Below, piece after piece: positions 20,128 to 27,545 of a stretch of DNA of 59,784 nt. The stretch comes from Nitrososphaerales archaeon (GTDB lineage: Archaea; Thermoproteota; Nitrososphaeria; Nitrososphaerales; JACPRH01). The stretch spans positions 1 through 59,784 of the forward strand of contig JASMAB010000002.1 in the NCBI GenBank assembly GCA_030754585.1, given 5' to 3'. The notes under the pieces were generated by a model that did no database searches, was not told the DNA's origin, and was given only the letters and a program-made list of their open reading frames with translations. Numbering within the stretch: the stretch's first letter is position 1; every line of letters starts with the position of its first letter. The position numbers and the translations under genes are program-made.

Positions 20128-20671
20128 ACTCTATTCTTTGAAGGTAGTAAAAAGAATATGCTGAAATAATTGTTAAAACTGTGAACAGCTTTGTTGCAAA
20201 AACTATGTTCCAAGGTGTTTCAGGGTTAGGAAATGTGTTTTTAATAATATCGACATTTAATTCTCCCAATATTGAGTCGCTTGCGATTAATCCTCCCCAT
20301 AATGTGAAATTAAATAACACTTCATAGGTGGCCATAGCACAAACAAAAAATGCGAAAAACTTGAGGATATCTCTATGAAACTTTCGCCATTGCATAACCA
20401 TATCTTTTCCTAACTCTAGTGATGAGAAGTAAAGAGCCAAAATAGCTGCAGAAAGCCAGGTTATTGGTTTAGAGTAGAAAAGTGGAAAAACTTCAATTGG
20501 TGGGACCTCTAATGTTACAAGAACTTCTCCAACTACATTCCCACCTTGGATTAGTGTTCCTAGAATTCCATATATTGAAGTGCTGATGATTACCACTAAT
20601 GATATTAAACTAATTAACTTGAAGAATGTTCGAATCTTCTCTTCTTCGTTAGAGAGATTAATTATCTTCAT
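20087..20671 (-). CDS. Hypothetical membrane protein
   Basis: The ORF has 4-5 hydrophobic segments and no known motif. Confidence 0.45.
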   Translation of the reverse strand: MKIINLSNEEEKIRTFFKLISLISLVVIISTSIYGILGTLIQGGNVVGEVLVTLEVPPIEVFPLFYSKPITWLSAAILALYFSSLELGKDMVMQWRKFHRDILKFFAFFVCAMATYEVLFNFTLWGGLIASDSILGELNVDIIKNTFPNPETPWNIVFATKLFTVLTIISAYSFYYLQRIESKINERHLSHSAP

Positions 20672-20885
20672 GGCCTTGTTCTATTATGTGTCATGCTAAA
20701 GTATTTTGTGTTTTTACCCATTTGTCTTATTGGATGTAAGTGTACTTAATGATAAATGAAAATATCATCATAATTAATTCGAATTATTTTCTCTATTTAA
20801 ATTAGTTAAATGATAACTATTTTTGCAGTCATATTGTGGGTTGATTTATAAATGCTGAATCAAGAAGAACAAAAGGTGAAGGTAT

Positions 20886-21944
20886 GTGGATATTGAAGGC
20901 AAAATAGATCTTATTTCAAAACCTCCAATTGAGGAAATTGTAACTGTACAGGATTTACGGGACCTTCTTGAAACCGATGCTCATCCTTCCCACTACATAG
21001 GTTTAGAAATATCTGGTCTACTTCATCTTGGAAGTCTCATGTTAACAGGTTTCAAAATAAATGATTTTATTAAAGCAGGAATAAAATGCAAAATTTTTCT
21101 TGCTGATTGGCATAGCTATATCAATAATAAGTTTGATAGCGATTGGGATAAAATAAAAAGCGCCTCGAAATATTATGCTGAAGCTTTCAAGTTCTTTTGT
21201 CCAGGAGTTAATATCATCATGGGTTCTGACTTGTATGCTGATTCTAAAAGTTACTGGGAGAACCTTGTACGTTTCTCAAAGCATGTAACACTTTCTCGAA
21301 ATACAAGATGTCTAACAATCATGGGACGAAGCGAGAAGGACCATCTCCATTTCGCTCAATATTTATATCCTCCTATGCAAGCAGTAGATATCGAAACCAT
21401 TGATGCATCTATAGTACATGCAGGAATGGATCAACGTAAAGTCCACATGCTAGCACGAGAAGTCTTTCCAAAGATGAAGTGGAAGGTTCCTGTTGCTGTG
21501 CATCACCATTTACTTACTGGTTTATCTGAACCAGTGAACTCTATGTCTCAATCTAATGATAATGCCAAGATATCTAGTAAAATGAGTAAGTCAAAACCTT
21601 GGACTTGTGTTTTTATTCATGACAGTGAAAAAGAGATCCATGATAAATTGAATAAGGCTTGGTGTCCAGAAGGTCAAGTTGAGAATAACCCTGTTCTAGA
21701 AATAGCAAAATATATTTCGTTTCATGAAACTAAAGAATTTAAGGTAGACAGACCAAGGAAGTTCGGCGGTCCTCTATCTTTCACAGAATATCAACAACTA
21801 GAAACTATTTATCTTGAAAAGAAACTTCATCCAGTTGATCTCAAATCTGCTGTAGCCGATTCTGTTAACCAAAAAATCCAGCCTATTAGAAAGTTTTTTG
21901 AATCTAAGACTCATCTTCTTAAGGTTTATGAATCTGAAGAGTGA
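20886..21944 (+). CDS. tyrS: Tyrosyl-tRNA synthetase
   Basis: The sequence aligns by eye along its length with archaeal TyrRS as I recall it: YIGLEISGLLHLGS, GMDQRKVHMLAREV, KMSKS, NNPVLEIAKY and KLHPVDLKSAVA. The start is GTG. Confidence 0.9.
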   Translation: MDIEGKIDLISKPPIEEIVTVQDLRDLLETDAHPSHYIGLEISGLLHLGSLMLTGFKINDFIKAGIKCKIFLADWHSYINNKFDSDWDKIKSASKYYAEAFKFFCPGVNIIMGSDLYADSKSYWENLVRFSKHVTLSRNTRCLTIMGRSEKDHLHFAQYLYPPMQAVDIETIDASIVHAGMDQRKVHMLAREVFPKMKWKVPVAVHHHLLTGLSEPVNSMSQSNDNAKISSKMSKSKPWTCVFIHDSEKEIHDKLNKAWCPEGQVENNPVLEIAKYISFHETKEFKVDRPRKFGGPLSFTEYQQLETIYLEKKLHPVDLKSAVADSVNQKIQPIRKFFESKTHLLKVYESEE

Positions 21945-21950
21945 CCAGTT

Positions 21951-23060
21951 TTGATACCTATTAATATGCCCATTATTGGTGATGAAGAGAAAAATGAAGT
22001 TATGAAGGTCATTATGAGTGGTCAATTAACTACATCATCAATTGAAGGAGGACAATACACTCAGAAGTTTGAGACTTCCGTAAAGTCATTTTTAAATGTA
22101 AAACATGTTTTTGCATTAAATTCAGGTACATCCTCTCTATATGCAGCTTTGTTATCCTTAAATATACAAGAAGGTGATGAAGTTTTGGTTCCCTCTTTCA
22201 CCTTCTTAGCTACAGCAAATGCAGTTCTTCTCGTTGGAGCAAAACCAGTTTTTGTAGATATAGATTTGACTCATTATACTATTGACCCTAAAGATCTGAA
22301 AAATAAGATTACGGTCAGAAGTAAAGCGATAATTCCAGTTCATCTATTTGGCCACCCAGCAGATATGGATAAGATTATGGAAATTGCACAGAAACATGAT
22401 CTTCGAATAATAGAAGATGCTGCACAATCTTTAGGGGCCAAATATCATGAACATCAAACTGGGAGTCTCTCAGATATTGGTTGTTTCAGTATGTATCCTT
22501 CAAAGATCATAACAAGCGGAGAGGGTGGGTTTGTTTCAACTAATGATGATGCTTTGGCTGATAAATTGAAATTGATTCGTAATCACGGAATATCTCAAAG
22601 CTCAGATGTGAAAATACTGGGATCCAACTTACGCCTACCGCAGATGGAGGCTGCCATAGCATATATTCAGATGTCTAAACTTCATTCTTTTCTGAAAGTT
22701 CGACGGAGGAATGCAGAAATTTTGAATGACCTACTTTCAGATTTGAACGGAATAACATTACCAAGTGAAGCAGAGGGTTGTTTGTCCAACTGGTATCTTT
22801 ATACAGTGGCTTTAGAAAAAAATAGAGATAAGATACTGAAAAATCTCCTCTCCAATAGGGTGGGTGCAGCAGTTTATTATGACCCCCCGATTCAAAAAAC
22901 TCCATTTTATATAACGGCAGGATACGATAAACTCATTCTTCCAAATACTGATAATGTTTCAAAGCGAGTGCTTTCGTTACCTGTGCACCCAAATGTTTCT
23001 GAAGATGATTGTGTTCATATAGCTTCTACCTTTAAGACTGCACTTGAATCTGCAAAATAA
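21951..23060 (+). CDS. DegT/DnrJ/EryC1/StrS-family PLP-dependent sugar aminotransferase
   Basis: The family pattern is present, including the PLP-lysine region SMYPSKIITSGEGG. Confidence 0.85.
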   Translation: MIPINMPIIGDEEKNEVMKVIMSGQLTTSSIEGGQYTQKFETSVKSFLNVKHVFALNSGTSSLYAALLSLNIQEGDEVLVPSFTFLATANAVLLVGAKPVFVDIDLTHYTIDPKDLKNKITVRSKAIIPVHLFGHPADMDKIMEIAQKHDLRIIEDAAQSLGAKYHEHQTGSLSDIGCFSMYPSKIITSGEGGFVSTNDDALADKLKLIRNHGISQSSDVKILGSNLRLPQMEAAIAYIQMSKLHSFLKVRRRNAEILNDLLSDLNGITLPSEAEGCLSNWYLYTVALEKNRDKILKNLLSNRVGAAVYYDPPIQKTPFYITAGYDKLILPNTDNVSKRVLSLPVHPNVSEDDCVHIASTFKTALESAK

Positions 23061-23085
23061 TGGGAATTTATTGGAGGAATAAAAA

Positions 23086-23832
23086 ATAGCTTCTATTCTC
23101 GTCGTTATCCCTACATACAATGAAGTGGAGAATATAATCCGCATAATTCCAAGTATTCGAGAAGTATTAGTCAAGAACAATATTTCTTATCAAATTTTAG
23201 TTGTTGATGATAATAGTCCTGACGGAACAGCAGGAAAAGTTGAAAATATGAAAAAAGAGGATGATCAGATTTATTTGTTAAAGCGACCAGGAAAACTTGG
23301 ACTTGGTTCTGCATATATTGACGGTTTCACTTTGGCATTATCTAATCTATCCTTTGATATTATTGTTCAAATGGATGCAGATTTCTCTCATCAACCTATA
23401 GATATTGTAAAACTTGTAAATGCAATACAAAATAATGTTGATGTAGCAGTGGCATCACGGTATATTGAGAGTGGAAAGTCAAATAAGTGGCCTTGGCATA
23501 GGAAATTGATTAGTAGAGTTGCCAATTTCCTCTCACATATAATGCTGGGGATAAATGTTAAAGACATAACTAGTGGTTTTAGAGCTATTAACAGAAAAGC
23601 GGTTCAAGAATTATTGAAATACAAAATTAATAGCCGCGGATATTTCTATCAAGTTGAGAGTCTAGCAATATACCAAGATATTGGTCTTTCTATAATGGAG
23701 GTTCCATACGTCTTTGAAGCAAGACTATCAGGTAAGGCTAAATTGTCTATTTGGGAAATCTTTCGTTTTGCTGTTTTTCTTGTAAAATTGTCATTGTCAG
23801 GAGTAAATCCAAAAACAAGTAAGATAAAATGA
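23086..23832 (+). CDS. GT2 glycosyltransferase, dolichyl-phosphate mannose/glucose synthase-like (start unresolved)
   Basis: Motifs seen: VVIPTYNEVENI, VVDDNSPDGT and QMDADFSH. The frame is open from 23083, but the first canonical start (GTG 23125) falls after the VIPTYNE motif. See the corresponding finding. Confidence 0.8.
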   Translation: MASILVVIPTYNEVENIIRIIPSIREVLVKNNISYQILVVDDNSPDGTAGKVENMKKEDDQIYLLKRPGKLGLGSAYIDGFTLALSNLSFDIIVQMDADFSHQPIDIVKLVNAIQNNVDVAVASRYIESGKSNKWPWHRKLISRVANFLSHIMLGINVKDITSGFRAINRKAVQELLKYKINSRGYFYQVESLAIYQDIGLSIMEVPYVFEARLSGKAKLSIWEIFRFAVFLVKLSLSGVNPKTSKIK

Positions 23833-23878
23833 GAAAGACTCAAATACTGTTCTAACCGCGAAAACGAGACGATATCTA

Positions 23879-24097
23879 ATGGATGAATCTAATGAAATTA
23901 CAGAAACATCTGAACCTGCCGAACCTTCGGCAACTATTGAAAGACCATTTGGAGAAATTGAATATGAATGTATAAGATGTGGTACAAAAGTAACTTCTGA
24001 AGAACTATCACAGTTGCCAGAAATTAAATGTATTTGTGGTTACCGTATCCTAAAAAAGACAAGGCCGCCTGTAGTGAAATCAGTAAAATGCATCTAA
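23879..24097 (+). CDS. rpoP: RNA polymerase subunit P (Rpo12/RPABC4-like) with acidic N-terminal extension
   Basis: The C-terminal 45 aa read YECIRCGTKV...IKCICGYRILKKTRPPVV, matching the Rpo12 zinc-ribbon plus RIL-K-R pattern. Confidence 0.65.
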   Translation: MDESNEITETSEPAEPSATIERPFGEIEYECIRCGTKVTSEELSQLPEIKCICGYRILKKTRPPVVKSVKCI

Positions 24098-24122
24098 TTC
24101 TTATCCAGTATAATCACAATTC

Positions 24123-24347
24123 TTAAGGACTTAATTCTTGAGTTACATTCTTTGCTATATCTAAAACCTCTTCAACCTTAAGCTTCCGTTTAACAATTTC
24201 TATTCTCTGCAAGATAATGGCCTCTTGCGCTGCGATAACTAGAAATTGGTTTCCAGTCTTCAAACCCATCTTTTTTCGAAACTCTTTTGGGATAACGACT
24301 TGTCCTTTCTCAGATAGTTTTGTAGTTTCCACTAAAATATCAGACAA
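24123..24347 (-). CDS. AbrB/MazE/SpoVT-family DNA-binding protein
   Basis: KLSEKGQVVIPKEFRKKMGLKTGNQF is the swapped-hairpin barrel motif. No partner gene is adjacent. Confidence 0.7.
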   Translation of the reverse strand: MSDILVETTKLSEKGQVVIPKEFRKKMGLKTGNQFLVIAAQEAIILQRIEIVKRKLKVEEVLDIAKNVTQELSP

Positions 24348-24606
24348 AATTTCTCTATCTATAATCTCTTACTTTCCCTATTTAATGATTCTGTAAGAAT
24401 ATTGTGGTTGTATAAAATCTTGAACAGTCTGTTTCCTCTATAAACGGTGTTTTACCTTTTGAATACCGTGGATTCTTCTTAAAATGAGTGCACCCCTGCA
24501 AGAACTATGAAATAAGATGCAGACATACATTCTGGCAAAGTTATCATAATTATTGTTGCTTCAGCTTCTAATAAACTTCCGTTTATTGAAAAAGAAAAGG
24601 ATGATT

Positions 24607-24921
24607 TCAGTTATTACTTAAATTAACTTCTATAAACACATCTTCTGGAACTTGAAGTTTCATTAATTGTCTCATAGTTCTGTCGTCGGCATCCATGTCA
24701 ATAAGTCTTCTGTGAACTCTCATTTCATATCGATCATATGTGTTTGTTCCTTGCCCTGAGGGTGCTTTTCTTGTTACTATCTTTAGTTTTTTAGTTGGGA
24801 GTGGTTGTGGTCCTCTTACTTTGACACCAGTTTTCTCTGTCATACCTTTTATATCGTCACAGACTTGGGTAAGATTTTCTACGTTTGCACTGGTAAGCTT
24901 GATTTTTGCAATCTGAGGCAT
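24607..24921 (-). CDS. rps10: 30S ribosomal protein uS10
   Basis: The sequence reads KIKLTS...VRGPQPLPTK...YEMRVHRRLID. Confidence 0.92.
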   Translation of the reverse strand: MPQIAKIKLTSANVENLTQVCDDIKGMTEKTGVKVRGPQPLPTKKLKIVTRKAPSGQGTNTYDRYEMRVHRRLIDMDADDRTMRQLMKLQVPEDVFIEVNLSNN

Positions 24922-25068
24922 TTAAGTCACATCAGCGCTTCTTGATGCTATTATTTAGGCTTTCAGAAATTGTTTTCTCTCTGACGTCACAATTATAGAC
25001 AAGTCGGTTAAATTTTTTCACTAAGAAACCTTAAAGGTTAGCTTTCTAAATCGAAAAATAGATTACTA

Positions 25069-25317
25069 ATGACAGCTAAAGTACTTCATTTAGCTCGTAG
25101 TGGTAGGCTTATTCTTCAATCTAACGAGGATTTTAAAGCAAACACTATTCTTTTTGATGATAAAGAACGTAAAGTAGCTAAAGTTATTGAAATATTTGGA
25201 CCAATAAAATCACCATATATTTCTGCTACACCTTTGACAGATAGAACCAAAAGAATTGTTGGTCAAAATATTCATACTTCTAAAAGGACTTCAAAAGTTG
25301 TTAAACCAAGAAAGTAA
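25069..25317 (+). CDS. gar1: H/ACA RNP protein Gar1
   Basis: The sequence VLHLARSGRLILQS...VAKVIEIFGPIKSPYISATP shows the Gar1 barrel pattern. Confidence 0.8.
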   Translation: MTAKVLHLARSGRLILQSNEDFKANTILFDDKERKVAKVIEIFGPIKSPYISATPLTDRTKRIVGQNIHTSKRTSKVVKPRK

Positions 25318-26242
25318 AACCAATTCAACCAATGTTTGCCCAAATTGTGGGACATCATTGATTGGTGATGTCTATAAAGGTGAAGTTGTCTGTCCATCTT
25401 GCGGGTTTGTAGTATTAGAACAACTAATGGATCATGGCCCTGAATGGAAAGCAATAGGCGAACCAGGAGATAAGGCAAAAAGAGTACGAGTTGGTGCTCC
25501 TAGAACAATTGCACTCCATGATTTTGGTCTATCTACAATGATTGGATCTGATATGAAAGATTCTCAGGGCCAATATCTTGATGGAAAAGCTAGAAACCAA
25601 TCTTATAAGCTACGAAAATGGCAAAATAGAGTTAGGATAACTCCAGCTGAGCGTAGCCTTCAAGGTGTATTATTTAAAATTACAGAAGTTTCTAGAAATC
25701 TTAATCTTCCAAAAAATGTTCTTGAGACCGCTGCTCAGATTTATCGAGATTGTGTTCGATTAAAGGTTTCTAGGAGTAAATCAATTATTGGAATGACTGC
25801 TGCTTCTGTTTATCTTGCATGTAGAAAATGTGATGTAGGACGTTCAATAAAGGATGTTGCTGAAGCTGCAAATACAAATCAGCGTACTGTAGCGAAATAT
25901 TATCGCCTTGTTCTAAAAGAGGTGGAAACTGATTATGTTCCTCCTCCATCTATCTGGAAATATATCTCAAAGCTTGTAAATATGGCGAAGATAAATCCTA
26001 GAGTGGAAAGACTTGCTCTATTAATTGCACGTAAGACTAACGACAGCAGAATATCTAGCGGAAAGGCTCCTGCTGGTTTAGCTGCTGCATATGTCTATAT
26101 CTCTTCTGTAATGCTAGGGGTACACATTCCTCAAAGAGAGATTGCTGATATTGCAGAGGTAACTGAGATCACTATACGAAATAGGTGTCGTGAAATTTTT
26201 GAGAATTTTACTATTACTCAATCACTCAAAAGTTTAGAATAG
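25256..26242 (+). CDS. tfb: Transcription initiation factor B (TFB/TFIIB)
   Basis: A Zn ribbon CPNCG...CPSCG and two cyclin repeats are present. The start is uncertain: TTG 25256 or TTG 25298, and both overlap gar1. Confidence 0.9.
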   Translation: MLVKIFILLKGLQKLLNQESKTNSTNVCPNCGTSLIGDVYKGEVVCPSCGFVVLEQLMDHGPEWKAIGEPGDKAKRVRVGAPRTIALHDFGLSTMIGSDMKDSQGQYLDGKARNQSYKLRKWQNRVRITPAERSLQGVLFKITEVSRNLNLPKNVLETAAQIYRDCVRLKVSRSKSIIGMTAASVYLACRKCDVGRSIKDVAEAANTNQRTVAKYYRLVLKEVETDYVPPPSIWKYISKLVNMAKINPRVERLALLIARKTNDSRISSGKAPAGLAAAYVYISSVMLGVHIPQREIADIAEVTEITIRNRCREIFENFTITQSLKSLE

Positions 26243-26304
26243 CCGTAAAAGAAATATACTGATGGGAAGAATAATATATGTGAACTATTCAACGAGATAA
26301 TAAA

Positions 26305-26895
26305 ATGAAAAAACGATCAACAATAAAAGATTCTAGTGGAGAATTTGAGTTAACTCCGGTAGAAAAAGAAGAACCATCTTCTGAAACTGAAATTAAATCT
26401 AAACCAAAGAATCCAGTAGAAAAAGAAGAACCATCTTCTGAAACTGAAATGATATCCGATGAAATCGATAATTCTGACGAAGAAGATGAACTTCTTGACT
26501 TTACATCAAGAGTGTACAAGTTGGTTGTGGAACATGGAAAAAAAGGCGTTCTTCAAAGTGAACTGTGGAAAAAGTTGAACTTGACAAGTAGGGATGGATC
26601 TAGACTTGCTATAAGGTTAGAAAAAAGAGGTATGATTAAAAGGGAAAAGATATTGGAAGGAGGAAGATGGACTTATGAGCTCTCTCCGTTGAGACTTCCT
26701 GCACAAATAAAGTCTATTGAAGAATCTCCTTGTATAACTTGTCCTGAAGAGTTGAAGTGTTCTACCGATAGTGAAGTTAGTCCACATATATGTTATTATC
26801 TTGCAGAATGGGCTATACGAGAATATCTTAGATTTCAGAATATAACTGCCACTCCAGAAGTAATCTATAAACAAATGTTCACAATGAAAGCATAA
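26305..26895 (+). CDS. TFE-beta / RPC34-like protein: acidic repeat tail, winged helix, 4-Cys (putative FeS) domain
   Basis: A wHTH-like region reads VYKLVVEHGKKGVLQSELWKKLNLTSRDGSRLAIRLEKRGMIKRE. Cys residues lie at 143/146/152/163 (CX2CX5CX10C). The gene is adjacent to tfb. Confidence 0.5.
   Translation: MKKRSTIKDSSGEFELTPVEKEEPSSETEIKSKPKNPVEKEEPSSETEMISDEIDNSDEEDELLDFTSRVYKLVVEHGKKGVLQSELWKKLNLTSRDGSRLAIRLEKRGMIKREKILEGGRWTYELSPLRLPAQIKSIEESPCITCPEELKCSTDSEVSPHICYYLAEWAIREYLRFQNITATPEVIYKQMFTMKA
26359..26450 (+). repeat. Perfect 35-nt direct duplication, 57-nt period, inside the TFE-beta-like ORF
   Basis: GTAGAAAAAGAAGAACCATCTTCTGAAACTGAAAT occurs at 26359-26393 and again at 26416-26450. 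It encodes VEKEEPSSETE twice. Confidence 0.95.
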
Positions 26896-26939
26896 CCTTA
26901 AATGAATAAGCAATTTCATAATTATTTTATTAGATGTGA

Positions 26940-27545
26940 GTTGTACTGAGGTACACAGATGCTAAACGAGATCTTTACCGTAGACTAGCTAAAAAAGAAG
27001 GATATAAGAGTCGTGCAGCATATAAACTGATCCAGTTAGACAAAAAATACAGGATTCTTAGGAGAGGTGATATTATCATAGATTTTGGAGCTGCACCTGG
27101 GGGCTGGATGCAAATCTCTTCTGAGCGAATAGGATCAAATGGGATAGTTCTTGGAATTGATTTGAGACGAATAACTCCATTTGCTGAAAACACTAAGATC
27201 CTGACCCATGATATATTTGATCCAATCATTTGTGAAGAAATTCTACGCATTCTTCCTAGAAAGGCTAATGTGGTTCTTTCTGATCTTGCTCCTGATATTA
27301 TTGGTGTATGGCAAGTAGATCATCTAAAACAGATAGATATGGTTTTGAAGGTAGTGGATCTTTTACCACAAATTCTACAATTAAATGGAACTGCAATACT
27401 AAAAATATTTGAGGGTGAATCTACACAAAGTTTTTTGAATAGGGTAAGGCGTATTTTTCATAAAGTGCATATCTCTAAACCTCCGGCAAGTCGCGGAAAA
27501 AGTAGCGAGTTGTATATTGTGTGTGAAAAATATCGTTTAAACTAA
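26940..27545 (+). CDS. rlmE: 23S rRNA 2'-O-ribose methyltransferase RlmE/FtsJ (start unresolved)
   Basis: The open frame from 26940 encodes ...DAKRDLYRRLAKKEGYKSRAAYKLIQLDKKYRILRRGDIIIDFGAAPGGWMQ.... The track ORF (27108) begins after SAM motif I. Confidence 0.8.
   Translation, partial: VVLRYTDAKRDLYRRLAKKEGYKSRAAYKLIQLDKKYRILRRGDIIIDFGAAPGGWMQISSERIGSNGIVLGIDLRRITPFAENTKILTHDIFDPIICEEILRILPRKANVVLSDLAPDIIGVWQVDHLKQIDMVLKVVDLLPQILQLNGTAILKIFEGESTQSFLNRVRRIFHKVHISKPPASRGKSSELYIVCEKYRLN

Noticed and set aside
20800-20870. C/D-box sRNA candidates in AT-rich spacers. Examples are ATGATAA...CTGA here, TTGATGC...CTGA at 24941-24985, and ATGAAAA/CTGA at 16925-16965.
   Set aside because: The C boxes deviate from RUGAUGA. 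D' and C' boxes are absent or wrongly spaced (the guides are not about 12 nt). No terminal stem is present. In AT-rich sequence, TGAT and CTGA strings occur by chance.
24123-24347. The two AbrB-fold genes (also 42172-42411) interpreted as type II toxin-antitoxin systems or defence-related loci.
   Set aside because: No PIN, MazF, RelE, HEPN or other toxin-like ORF is adjacent to either gene. AbrB-fold proteins also act as ordinary regulators. I reported them only as orphan small genes.
24982-24989. The perfect palindrome TGACGTCA and the nearby CATCA-N8-TGATG inverted repeat in the rps10/gar1 divergent promoter region.
   Set aside because: Palindromes of 8 bp or less are expected many times in 60 kb by chance. 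There is no second copy or other supporting evidence.
26975-27250. A 91-aa minus-strand ORF in the track overlaps the 5' part of rlmE.
   Set aside because: The plus strand here encodes the highly conserved RlmE N-terminus (GYKSRAAYKL...GAAPGGW). The minus-strand translation has no recognisable features.
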